A DNA stretch of 61,604 nucleotides from assembly GCA_041576165.1 (NCBI GenBank), contig JBFGLM010000029.1:1-61604 (forward strand), given 5' to 3'. The notes under the pieces were generated by a model, which was not told the DNA's origin, searched no databases, and saw only the letters and a program-made list of their open reading frames with translations. This DNA comes from Acidimicrobiia bacterium (GTDB lineage Bacteria > Actinomycetota > Acidimicrobiia > Spongiisociales > Spongiisociaceae). Both the position numbers and the translations under genes were made by a program. This document shows positions 18,876 through 28,368 of the stretch, in pieces (within the stretch, counting starts at the first letter, position 1; each line of letters opens with the position of its first letter).

Positions 18876-21701
18876 GTGGACTCGGACTTCAGAATCCTCG
18901 GGGAGCTCGAGATTCTCCAGGACGGGGATCCGGTCATTCTCGGTTCTCCCCGTCAGCGGGCCCTCCTCGCCCGGTTGCTCATCAGCCCTGGAGAGGTTGT
19001 AACGACCGATCGGCTGTTGGAGGATCTCTGGCCCGGAGATGCGCCGGAGACGGCCAGACGCGTCCTACATGTCTACGTGTCTCGCCTACGCAAAGCGCTC
19101 GGCGGGGATCGACATCGATTGGAACACCGCAGTCCGGGCTACCGGTTTTCTATCGAACCGGAGGAGCTGGACGTGGGCCGGTTCGAGCAGTACGTGGCCG
19201 AGGGTCGGGCCGCGCTCGCCCGGCGTGATCCGGATGGGGCGCGGACCCGGCTGGTCGAGGCTCTCGACGAGTGGCGCGGCCCCGCCCTCGCCGAATTTCG
19301 CGATGAGGCCTTCGCTCAAGAGGAGGTGAGCCGCCTGGAGGAGTTACGGCTCTCCGCACTCCAGGAACGGTTGTGGGCAGAGGTGGAGCTGGGCCGGCAT
19401 GGCGAGCTCGTGGAGGAGCTGAAGGATCTCGTCTCGCGCCACCCCTTCCGGGAGGTCTTCTGGGAACAGTTGATGCTGGCGCTGTATCGCTCCGGGCGTC
19501 AGACCGAGGCACTGCGCACCTATCAGATGGCGCGCAGCAAGCTCTCCGAAGAACTGGGTATAGAACCCGGGCCGGCACTGCGCCAGATGGAGGAGCGGAT
19601 TCTGGCCCAGGATCCCACCCTGGACCCTTCAGGTGGAAATGCCGGTCAGTCCCGTCTGAGCGAGATACCGGAACCGCGCACCAGCTTCGTCGGGCGAGCC
19701 CAGGAGCTCGCGCATGTCGGTGAGCTGCTAGCAGAGTCCCGTCTCCTCAGCTTGACGGGCCCTCCGGGCTCGGGAAAGACCCGTTTGGCTATCCAACTCG
19801 TCACGGACCACCAGCAGCGGTTCGCTCATGGTGCCTATTTCGTTGATCTAACCGCCGAGAGAAACCCACGGCTGGTGGCCGATGCCATCGCCAGGGTGCT
19901 CGGGCTGCGAGAGGTGCCTGGCGAGATGGCCCTGGACCGGGTGAAGGCGTTCTTGCGCGACCGACAGGTTTTGCTCCTGCTGGACAACTTCGAACAAGTC
20001 GTACCGGCCGCCCCGCAAGTAGGTGCGCTGCTCGACGCAGCGCCCGGGCTGACGGTCGTCGTCACGAGTCGTGAATGCCTGGGCATTTCCGGCGAGCAGG
20101 AGTTCGCGGTACCTCCGCTCAACCTACCGCCGGTGGATGAGCTGCCCGAGTCCGAATCATTGGCCGCCTACGACGCGATCGCTCTGTTTCTGGCCCGCGC
20201 CCGTGCGGTGGATTCGAGTTTCTGGCTAAACGCCGAGAACGCAGAAGCCGTCGCGGCGATCACCCTTCGCCTTGACGGAATACCTCTCGCCATCGAGCTG
20301 GCCGCGGCTCGAATCAAGCTCTTTCCTCCCGACGTTCTCAATCGCAGGCTGCAGCAGCGGCTCGCAGTTCTGAGCGGTGGCCCGGCAGACGCAGTCGACC
20401 GTCATCGCACGATGCGCGATGCGATTGCGTGGAGCTATGAGCTGTTGGATTCGGCCGATCAGGCTCTGTTCCGCCGGCTCTCGGTCTTCGCCGGGGGGTT
20501 CAGTTTTGACGCGGTCGAGGCAATCACCGGCCTGTCAGACTCGGACGTTGTGAATGGGATCGAATCTCTGCTGTCGAAGAGCCTGATCCTGCGTCAGATC
20601 GAGGCGGGGCCGGCTCGTTTCTCGATGTTGGAACTCGTCAGAGAGTTCGCGCTCGACGAGCTCGGAGCTGCCGGCGAGACGGCGGACGCCGCAGCGGAGC
20701 ACGCCGGATTCTTCCTGAGAATCTGCCGCGAGCTGGAACCCAAACTCACCCGCCAGCCTGCCGGGGCCGCCGCCCAGCGCCTGCAGTCCGAAATCGACAA
20801 CGTGCGGGCCGCCCTCCGCTTTTCCCTCGACACCGATGAGCCGGACCTGGGTCTGGAGCTGACAAGAAATATCTGGCGGTTCTGGCAGAGCTCTGAGCAG
20901 ATCGCAGAGGGCCGGGACTGGCTCTCCTTGCTGCTGTCGCATCCGCAGGCCTCCGGCCCGGCAATGGCGAAGGGTCTCACGGCAGACGGCGGCCTCGCCT
21001 ACTGGCAGGCCGATTACCCAGCAGCCATGGATCGATACACCCAAGCACTCGAGCTCTATCGGGCCGCCGGTGACCGCTTCAATGAAGCGGACACTCTGTA
21101 CAGCATGAGCCTCACGTCCAACTGGGCCGGGAATCTGGCCGCAGGTGAAAGGTTCGCAGACCAGGCCCGGATGATCTTTGACGAGTTGGGGTCCATTGAA
21201 GGTCGCGGTAGGGCACTGATGGCGCAGGGGTTCTCGCTCTGGCGAAGAAACGAGCTCGGCGCTGCCCAGGCGCTATGGGAGCAATCGTTGGCCATTGCCC
21301 GCGAGATTGGTGACGAGGCGCTCGCCAATACACAACTGGTCGGGCTCGCCAGCCTGAGATTCCACCAGGGCCACCGCGAGGAAGCCCTCCGGATCGTATT
21401 GGGCGGAGTCGAGGAGGCCAGGAGGCTGCAGAACGCCCACGTCACCGTATGGATGCTTGATTTTGTCGCCGCCTTTGTCGCCCCCGATGCCCCAGTGCAC
21501 GCGGTTCGCTTGGCCGGAGCGGTGGACTCGCTGCGCCGAACGGCCGGCGGCGGGATCCTGCCCGTGACGCTCGACGTGGAAGACGCCCGCACTGTCGCCG
21601 GCCGTCTCCTCTCCGAAGCGACCCTCGAGCGAGAGTGGACGGCCGGCCGGGCCATGGACCTCGAGCAAGCGATTGAGCTAGCCGTAGCCCTCGACGCCTG
21701 A
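18876..21701 (+). CDS. AfsR-like SARP regulator: wHTH-BTAD, NB-ARC-like ATPase, TPR
   Basis: FRILGELE, LWP, YVSRLRK, HPFRE, LMLALYRSGRQ, ELGIEPG; Walker A GPPGSGKT; LLLLDNFEQ; LDGIPLAIELAAAR. Confidence 0.93.
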   Translation: MDSDFRILGELEILQDGDPVILGSPRQRALLARLLISPGEVVTTDRLLEDLWPGDAPETARRVLHVYVSRLRKALGGDRHRLEHRSPGYRFSIEPEELDVGRFEQYVAEGRAALARRDPDGARTRLVEALDEWRGPALAEFRDEAFAQEEVSRLEELRLSALQERLWAEVELGRHGELVEELKDLVSRHPFREVFWEQLMLALYRSGRQTEALRTYQMARSKLSEELGIEPGPALRQMEERILAQDPTLDPSGGNAGQSRLSEIPEPRTSFVGRAQELAHVGELLAESRLLSLTGPPGSGKTRLAIQLVTDHQQRFAHGAYFVDLTAERNPRLVADAIARVLGLREVPGEMALDRVKAFLRDRQVLLLLDNFEQVVPAAPQVGALLDAAPGLTVVVTSRECLGISGEQEFAVPPLNLPPVDELPESESLAAYDAIALFLARARAVDSSFWLNAENAEAVAAITLRLDGIPLAIELAAARIKLFPPDVLNRRLQQRLAVLSGGPADAVDRHRTMRDAIAWSYELLDSADQALFRRLSVFAGGFSFDAVEAITGLSDSDVVNGIESLLSKSLILRQIEAGPARFSMLELVREFALDELGAAGETADAAAEHAGFFLRICRELEPKLTRQPAGAAAQRLQSEIDNVRAALRFSLDTDEPDLGLELTRNIWRFWQSSEQIAEGRDWLSLLLSHPQASGPAMAKGLTADGGLAYWQADYPAAMDRYTQALELYRAAGDRFNEADTLYSMSLTSNWAGNLAAGERFADQARMIFDELGSIEGRGRALMAQGFSLWRRNELGAAQALWEQSLAIAREIGDEALANTQLVGLASLRFHQGHREEALRIVLGGVEEARRLQNAHVTVWMLDFVAAFVAPDAPVHAVRLAGAVDSLRRTAGGGILPVTLDVEDARTVAGRLLSEATLEREWTAGRAMDLEQAIELAVALDA

Positions 21702-21730
21702 GCGAACAGTGCGCGACATCCGCCGTGGGA

Positions 21731-22123
21731 TTACATCTGCGGCATGCTCGGCGCCCAGTGCATGTGTAAGTACTGCCACTCAGTGCCCGTGCGGCGAAAG
21801 ACCTCGGTGGCATTCCATCGCGATGTCAATTCGCCGTCCCCGGAAAACGTGTGCCAGTTCGTGGTCAGGACTGCAATGTCCCCATACACGTCGACCTTCA
21901 CGTTCGGCATGTCGTACTGGGGCACGTCGAACTGTCCGACGTACCGGCTGACATGTTCTGCCAAAGAGCTACGCCCGTCGACCCTCGATTCGCTCGTGTG
22001 ATCGAACCAGGTGACTTCGTCCAGAGCGTTCTCGACGAATCCGCCCGGATCTCCCTTGCACCATCGATCCAACACAGCACGCTCGAGGCTGATGATCGCC
22101 TCCTCGACCTTTTCCGTACTCAT
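21731..22123 (-). CDS. NTF2/SnoaL-like (DUF4440-like) protein
   Basis: WNATEVFRR...WQYLHMHW C-terminal motif. Confidence 0.8.
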   Translation of the reverse strand: MSTEKVEEAIISLERAVLDRWCKGDPGGFVENALDEVTWFDHTSESRVDGRSSLAEHVSRYVGQFDVPQYDMPNVKVDVYGDIAVLTTNWHTFSGDGELTSRWNATEVFRRTGTEWQYLHMHWAPSMPQM

Positions 22124-22279
22124 GACACTCTCCTGTGTCGACGCACTGGCCTACGGTCAAGCGCGACCGGGAGCCACACTGCGTAGCGGCCCCAGACGGC
22201 ACGTCATACCGCTGTCCGAGTCGCTCCGATGGAGCCACTGGATGAGTCCCGGTTTGGGAATCGCCCGTTCTCCCGAACG

Positions 22280-22786
22280 TCACCCCGACGCCTCCAGGCC
22301 AGGCTCGGTGGGTGACCAGTGCGCATGAACCATCTGCCAGCCGTTGTCGGTGCGGCTCCGAACCTCTGTCGCATTCCAGCGACTCGTGACTGCGTCACCC
22401 TCCGGCTCGTACGTGACAACGTTATACGTGAAAACCGCTGTGTTGCCGAGCACATTTACATCCGGGTTGACGATCTCGTACCGCAACAACGGGATGAGCC
22501 CCTCAAACGCCATCAGGTGTTGCTCGATGGCGCTGCCGTTCAGACGGCCGGGCGTCCACGGGTCGAAATATGTGCCATCCGTCGCAAACTGCCGGATGTA
22601 CGGTGCCGGATCGCTCTGCCCGTAGTACGGCTCCAAGGTCGCGTGGCCCAACGACACCATCTCGGCGAGGACCGCCTCGTCGGATTCGGCTTCCGAGGCC
22701 GACCCGCATGCGGCAAGCAGGATGGCAACGACTACACCGACGCCTGTCAATAGCGATGGTCGCCGGTTCCTGATCATCTGCCTCAT
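22280..22786 (-). CDS. NTF2/SnoaL-like lipoprotein, paralog of the downstream gene
   Basis: ILLAAC lipobox; YFDP, RWNATEV, WQMVHAHWS; AAGGAGG SD. Confidence 0.8.
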   Translation of the reverse strand: MRQMIRNRRPSLLTGVGVVVAILLAACGSASEAESDEAVLAEMVSLGHATLEPYYGQSDPAPYIRQFATDGTYFDPWTPGRLNGSAIEQHLMAFEGLIPLLRYEIVNPDVNVLGNTAVFTYNVVTYEPEGDAVTSRWNATEVRSRTDNGWQMVHAHWSPTEPGLEASG

Positions 22787-22832
22787 CCCCACGCCTCCTT
22801 TGTAGGGGGATCGGGCCGATCCTGTGCGACGG

Positions 22833-22861
22833 CGCTCAACGTGCGCTCACGAATCGCTCAA
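22833..22861 (-). promoter_or_regulatory. SARP-type operator: three heptamers TTGAGCG-N4-GTGAGCG-N4-TTGAGCG
   Basis: Copies at 22833, 22844 and 22855 (11-bp period); a -10-like CAGGAT lies 8 nt after the last copy. Confidence 0.65.
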
Positions 22862-22922
22862 CGTCTTCAGCCGGGACGGAGCCGACCGCCTTGCTCAACC
22901 TGCCGACCGTCAGACAGGCCGC

Positions 22923-23864
22923 CTAGTTGTGGTCAGCGGCGGCACGATACTCCCGGGGACTCATCCCATGGGCACGCTTGAAGGCCGTGCTCAGGGCATA
23001 GGGAGTGCTGTATCCGACCTGGCGGGCCACCGACCCCACGGTGGCGTCCGGCTCTCGCAGCAGATCGGCTGCAAGTGTCAGGCGCCAGCCGGTCAGATAC
23101 GTCATGGGTGGTTCCCCCACCAGGTCGGTGAAACGCCGTGCGAAGGCGGCGCGAGACGTGCCGACTTCCGACGCCAGGTTCCCCACGGTCCAGGGATGCG
23201 AGGGATTGTTGTGCAGCATCCGCAGGGCCGGACCAACGACGGGATCGCTGTGGGCCATGAACCAGGCAGGCGCATCGGCCTCGGGCCGGGCAAGCCAGGT
23301 CCTCAAGACGGAGACCAGCAGAAGGTCGAGCACCCGGTCCAGAATCGCCTTCTGGCCAGGCTGCTCGCGGGTAATCTCGGCGCCCAACAGCTGGATGAGG
23401 CTGGAGTCGACCTCATCACCGGGAACCACGGCCAGTGCGGGGAGAACGGCCAGCAGCCGTCCGCTCACCTCGCCGTCCATCGTGTAGGTGCCGGTGAGCA
23501 TCACGGTGGAGCCGTCCGGGCTGTTGCCCCACGTTCGAACTCCAAGATCCATTGCTTGGTAGAGCTCCTGACCGTCGAGCGTGGTGCATCGCTGGCCCGG
23601 ATGAATGACCACCTGGGCCGGGTTGCATGGTTCGTCGGCCACCAGATAGTGGTCGGGACCGCGCACGATCGCAACGTCGCCTGGCTCGATGCGAACCTGG
23701 TCGGCACCGTCGGGCACGATCCAGGCATGCCCTCGCACCATGGTGACCAGGGTCAACGGTGCCTCGTCTTCTATCCGCATGGCCCATGGCGGATTCAGTA
23801 GGCACCGCAGCAGAAATGCCCCCCGGGCGCGCGGCCCGTCGAGTAGGCCAACCAGTGCATCCAC
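22923..23864 (-). CDS. AraC family regulator with N-terminal cupin domain
   Basis: PWTVGNLA..VGTSRAAFARRF..LVGEPPMTYL..WR, VGYSTPYALSTAFKR; TACAGT 7 nt upstream suggests a leaderless mRNA. Confidence 0.92.
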   Translation of the reverse strand: MDALVGLLDGPRARGAFLLRCLLNPPWAMRIEDEAPLTLVTMVRGHAWIVPDGADQVRIEPGDVAIVRGPDHYLVADEPCNPAQVVIHPGQRCTTLDGQELYQAMDLGVRTWGNSPDGSTVMLTGTYTMDGEVSGRLLAVLPALAVVPGDEVDSSLIQLLGAEITREQPGQKAILDRVLDLLLVSVLRTWLARPEADAPAWFMAHSDPVVGPALRMLHNNPSHPWTVGNLASEVGTSRAAFARRFTDLVGEPPMTYLTGWRLTLAADLLREPDATVGSVARQVGYSTPYALSTAFKRAHGMSPREYRAAADHN

Positions 23865-23952
23865 GGGACGAACTGTAGGCGCATACGTATGCGTGAACCG
23901 GCGTTGGATCGTCGTGACGGCACCGATCGTCAGCCGGATTGACCAGCCGGCC

Positions 23953-25098
23953 CTACTCCACCACCGGCGACGCGACCGGCACGTCGTGGCGAGCAGCCCA
24001 GCGAGCGATATCCCGCTTCTCGATGGCGGCGGCCATCAGGTCGGGGAACAGGTCGGGAGTGCAGGCAAATGCGGGAACCCCGAGCTCGGCGAGCGCCGCG
24101 GCGTTTTCTGCGTCGTAGGCAGGGGCACCCTGATCGGTCAGCGCCAAGAGCGCGATCAACTGCGCACCCGAATCCACGATGGAGCGCGCTCGGGCGATCA
24201 GGTTCTCGGTGAGGCCGCCCTCGTAGAGGTCAGAGATGAGCACCACGATCGTGTCGGCCGGCCGCTCGATAGTCTGCTCGCAGTAGCCGAGGGCTCCGGC
24301 GATGTCCGTTCCACCACCGAGCTGCACCCCAAACAGGACGTCCACCGGATCGTGCATTTCCTCGGTCAAATCCACCACCGACGTGTCGAAGACAACCAGG
24401 CGGGTCTTGACCGCCCGCAGGGACGCCATCACCGCACCAAACACCGAGGAGTACACGATTGACGAGGCCATAGACCCGGACTGGTCGATGCATAGCGTTA
24501 CGTGCCGCATCACCTCCTGGGTCTTGCGCCCGTATCCGACCAGCCGCTCCGGGATGATGGTTCGGTACTCCGGCTGATAGTGGCGCAGGTTGGCGGCAAT
24601 CGTCCGGTTCCAATCGATATCACCGTGACGCGGACGCCGGGTGCGCGCAGCCCGGTTGAGCGCCCCCCGGACCGAATCGATGGTCTTGGCTCGCAACTCT
24701 TTCTCGAGCTGCTCAACGACGGTGCGTACGACCTGGCGGGCCGTCTCCTTCGACTCCTCCGGTATCGCCCGGCCGAGCCCGATCAGCGTCGACACCAGGT
24801 GGATGTCGGGATCCACCTGTTCGAGCATCTCCCGCTCCAGGAGCAGGTGCCGCAGGCCCAGCCGCTCCATCGCGTCACGCTGCATCACCCGCACCACAGA
24901 CGACGGGAAGTACGTGCGGATGTCTCCGAGCCACGCGGCCACCCGAGGTGACGAGCTCTCCAGTCCGCCCCGTCGCTCCGTGACGTCATACAGCTGTTCG
25001 AGCGCCCGGTCCCGCTCGGTGTCGATCCCGCCCAACTGGACGCCAGTATCGCCCGGCGCCCCGAGCACCAGACGCCAGCGTCGCAAGCGATCACTCAT
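23953..25098 (-). CDS. VWA (CoxE-like) domain protein, YehP-like
   Basis: RRWRLVLG start, MIDAS DQSGSM, GGGTDI, ISDLYEG. Confidence 0.88.
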   Translation of the reverse strand: MSDRLRRWRLVLGAPGDTGVQLGGIDTERDRALEQLYDVTERRGGLESSSPRVAAWLGDIRTYFPSSVVRVMQRDAMERLGLRHLLLEREMLEQVDPDIHLVSTLIGLGRAIPEESKETARQVVRTVVEQLEKELRAKTIDSVRGALNRAARTRRPRHGDIDWNRTIAANLRHYQPEYRTIIPERLVGYGRKTQEVMRHVTLCIDQSGSMASSIVYSSVFGAVMASLRAVKTRLVVFDTSVVDLTEEMHDPVDVLFGVQLGGGTDIAGALGYCEQTIERPADTIVVLISDLYEGGLTENLIARARSIVDSGAQLIALLALTDQGAPAYDAENAAALAELGVPAFACTPDLFPDLMAAAIEKRDIARWAARHDVPVASPVVE

Positions 25099-27289
25099 CG
25101 CCGCTCCCCAACAGCAGTGCCACCGTGGGAAGGACGAGATCCCCCCGCACGGAGTCAATGTCATCGGTAACCAATGACTGCCGGCCCGCTCCATGTTCCA
25201 ATCGCTTGACCTCGGCGCCGATCATGCGCCGCTCCGCTGCCGTGTACCGACTGAAAGCCCGGCGGACGAGCGGGAGCAGATCGTCGAACACCCCATCGCT
25301 CACGTCTGTGAGCCACTCATCGATCGCCGCCAGCAGGCCCGGGTCATGGAGGAGCAACATGGCATCACCGGTGAGGAAGCCGTCCAGCCACATGGCGCCC
25401 CGGCCCGGGTCCGCGCCCCGAGATAAGGAACGCGACACCGCAGCGAACGCCTCGTCCCGCTCGATCCACCCCGCGTCGAGCAGCAACCGGGTCGCATAGC
25501 CGGCCACGAGACCGTGCAGCGACCGCATCCCGGCCAATGACGAGACGGCTCCGAGCCACTGATCGACCGTCTCCCTGTCCTCGACCAATGCCACGCCGCG
25601 ATGGACCGACGCAACCTGATCGAACATGTCGGCGGCCGCATCGTCGTCGAGGCTGGCGCACGCTGCCGGCAATCCAATCGCCACTCGGGTGACCAACCCG
25701 GCCACCACCTCCAGGGTGGCCTGGTCACCTTGCCTGCGGACGTCGCCATAACGGGAGATGTGCGCAAGCGGCTCCACTGCCCGCATCAGAGAGCCGAGAT
25801 CATCGAGCGTGGCAGCCCGGCGCCGCACCGCGTCGAGTGCACCGACCACCGCGTCCGGCAGGTCGGCCAGCATGCCGTGCTCGATCAACTCCACCAGCCG
25901 GCTCAGGTCGGCCGTCTCCGCCGCTCCGGCGAGCACCGCGGCCGAGGCGACTCCGACCGTCGCCCCGTGGGCGGCAGCCTCGATCACCGAGATTTCGAAC
26001 TCCGGCTTCCACTCGAGCACCCATGTCTCCTTGAAGGTGCCGAGGCTGCGCCCCCCGAGCCCCGGCTCGGCCCAATGGATGCCCAGGATGGCCAAGCGGT
26101 GGAAGAGGTGGCTTCGCTCCAAATGGCTCTGCTTTCTGAGATCGAGGTCGACCACGTTTGCCTCGGCGGTTTTCACGAGCCGCAGGCGGCGGATGGTTGC
26201 GTCGACGTCTCGGGCCAGCGGAACAGCGGGCGCCCCGTCGGGGATGGAACCCATCTCCGTTCCGACATACAGATCCTCGGCAACGGCACTGAGACGCATA
26301 CGCGAGCCCTCGCACAGGACGGCGACCGCAGCATCATCGAGCTCGTGGATCCCCGCGACCGGGCGCTGCCGAACGGCGGCCAAAGTCTCAGCCAGCCGAG
26401 TCGCTTCGAGCACTGCGGCGGGCGAGCAGTCGTAGCCGCCGGAGCGTAAGAGTCGTGCGACTCGTGTCATCCAGCTGGGGACAGTGTCCTCACTCGGCGT
26501 TACGAACAGGTGCCGATACCAGGCGGGCGACGCGACGCCGGCCCCGTACCCGGATCGCAAGGCCAACCTGCTGGAGGTCCAAGGAACGAGAGTTGCCGCG
26601 ACCCTCACCTTCTCCAGGCCGGCGAGCAGCTCGTTGTCGGACTTCACACTGGGGAATCCGGCCGGGTCGAGGACCGGCGCATGCCACGCTCCGCATATGA
26701 CCGCCACCCGCCCAGCGCCTCGTTTCAGGGCGGCGCGTATGCGCTTGCGCATCGCCGCCTCCCGGACGAGCGTCAGCCGCGAATCCGGCTCGCTCTCCCG
26801 GAGGGCCGCCATTGCGCCGGTCACGGCCGAGAAGATCTCTGCACCGGGGTGGCGATGCTCGAGCACGTCCTCCCACCATCGCTCTGGATCGGCGAAACCG
26901 GCCGCCTCGGACAATCGCGCGATCGGGTCCGTGCGGATCTCGGCGTGCTCATCGGACTCGGAGTCAGGCCAGGCGAGCATGTTGGCCGCCGGCAGATCCA
27001 TGAAGCCGAGCTCGATATCCGCCGCTAACGCATATGTCACTGCCACGTACTCTGGGGAGAAGACCGCAAACGGATAGAACGCGGCTCTGGTGACGTCATC
27101 ACGGGCATAGACGAGTGCGGCCACGGGTGGGGTGGCAGAGCGGTCCGCCAGTAGTTCGGCGAGTGGCTCCAGCTCCTGGGGTCCTTCCACCAGTACCACG
27201 TCAGGCGTCATTCGGTCCAAGGCGGCGGCGACCGCCCGGGCTGAGCCCGGCCCGTGGTGACGGATCCCGAGGACGGCGACTTCGGTCAA
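25091..27289 (-). CDS. DUF5682 / YehM-like protein
   Basis: GIRHHGPGSAR, LVEGP, FSPE, REAAM, CGAWH, SGYGAG, GTFKETW; probable TTG start overlapping the upstream stop. Confidence 0.85.
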   Translation of the reverse strand: MTEVAVLGIRHHGPGSARAVAAALDRMTPDVVLVEGPQELEPLAELLADRSATPPVAALVYARDDVTRAAFYPFAVFSPEYVAVTYALAADIELGFMDLPAANMLAWPDSESDEHAEIRTDPIARLSEAAGFADPERWWEDVLEHRHPGAEIFSAVTGAMAALRESEPDSRLTLVREAAMRKRIRAALKRGAGRVAVICGAWHAPVLDPAGFPSVKSDNELLAGLEKVRVAATLVPWTSSRLALRSGYGAGVASPAWYRHLFVTPSEDTVPSWMTRVARLLRSGGYDCSPAAVLEATRLAETLAAVRQRPVAGIHELDDAAVAVLCEGSRMRLSAVAEDLYVGTEMGSIPDGAPAVPLARDVDATIRRLRLVKTAEANVVDLDLRKQSHLERSHLFHRLAILGIHWAEPGLGGRSLGTFKETWVLEWKPEFEISVIEAAAHGATVGVASAAVLAGAAETADLSRLVELIEHGMLADLPDAVVGALDAVRRRAATLDDLGSLMRAVEPLAHISRYGDVRRQGDQATLEVVAGLVTRVAIGLPAACASLDDDAAADMFDQVASVHRGVALVEDRETVDQWLGAVSSLAGMRSLHGLVAGYATRLLLDAGWIERDEAFAAVSRSLSRGADPGRGAMWLDGFLTGDAMLLLHDPGLLAAIDEWLTDVSDGVFDDLLPLVRRAFSRYTAAERRMIGAEVKRLEHGAGRQSLVTDDIDSVRGDLVLPTVALLLGSGDE

Positions 27290-28368
27290 TCGAGCTCCCG
27301 GCACGCTCGGTAGAGGTCGCGCCATGGCCGCCGCTCCCGGACGACGGTTTCTAGGTACTCGTCCCAGACCATGCGGTCCTGGACCGGGTCTTTCACAACT
27401 GCTCCCACCAGGCTGGCGGCCACGTCGGGGGCGCCCACCTCACCGTCGCCGAAGTGAGCCGCCATGGTCATCCCGTTCACCATCACCGAAATCGCCTCGG
27501 CCGTCGAGAGGGTGCTCAAGGGCGACTTCACGGTCGTGCGGCCGTCTTCGGTCACGCCGGAGCGCAGCTCCCGAAAGATCGTCACGATGCGCTGGATCTC
27601 GGACAGCGAGTCCAGCTCGGCCGGCAGCTCCAGGCTGCGCCCGATTTGAGCGACCCGGCTCTTTACGATCTCGACCTCCTCATCCGCGTTGTCCGGCAGC
27701 GGCAGTACCACCGTGTTGAAACGTCGCGACAGTGCGGAGCTCAGCTCGTTCACCCCCTTGTCCCGATCGTTGGCGGTGGCGATCACGTTGAAGCCCGGGA
27801 CCGCCTGTACCTCGGATCCCAGCTCAGGAATCGGCAATGTCTTCTCGGACAGAACCGTGATCAAAGCGTCCTGAACGTCGGACGGTATCCTCGTCAGTTC
27901 TTCGATGCGCACCACCGAGCCCTCCGCCATGCCCTTCATCACCGGTGACGGCACCAGCGCCGCCTCCGAAGGCCCCTCCGCCAGCAGCGCGGCGTAGTTC
28001 CATCCATAGCGAATCGCTTCTTCAGCCGTTCCCGCCGTGCCCTGCACGAGGAGTGTCGACGCACCCGAAATCGCCGCGGCGAGATGCTCGGACACCCAGG
28101 TCTTGGCGGTCCCGGGAACGCCGAGCAGCAGCAAGGCCCGGTCGGTAGCGAGGGAAGCGACGGCGACCTCGATCAGGCGGCGCTTACCGAAGTATTTGGG
28201 GGTGATCTCGACCCCGCCGACCGTCTCGCCTCCCATGAGGTAGCTCGTGACCGCCCAGGGCGACAGGCGCCAGTTGGGAGGACGGGGCCGGTCGTCCGCT
28301 TCGGCCAGCGCGGCCAGCTCGCCGGCGTAGGCCGTTTCGGCGTGGGCCCGGAGGACAGTTGTGGTCAT
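27286..28368 (-). CDS. MoxR-family AAA+ ATPase, YehL-like
   Basis: GVPGTAKT Walker A, RIEELTR Walker B, IATAN..D.GVNELSSALSRRF. Confidence 0.92.
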   Translation of the reverse strand: MTTTVLRAHAETAYAGELAALAEADDRPRPPNWRLSPWAVTSYLMGGETVGGVEITPKYFGKRRLIEVAVASLATDRALLLLGVPGTAKTWVSEHLAAAISGASTLLVQGTAGTAEEAIRYGWNYAALLAEGPSEAALVPSPVMKGMAEGSVVRIEELTRIPSDVQDALITVLSEKTLPIPELGSEVQAVPGFNVIATANDRDKGVNELSSALSRRFNTVVLPLPDNADEEVEIVKSRVAQIGRSLELPAELDSLSEIQRIVTIFRELRSGVTEDGRTTVKSPLSTLSTAEAISVMVNGMTMAAHFGDGEVGAPDVAASLVGAVVKDPVQDRMVWDEYLETVVRERRPWRDLYRACRELD

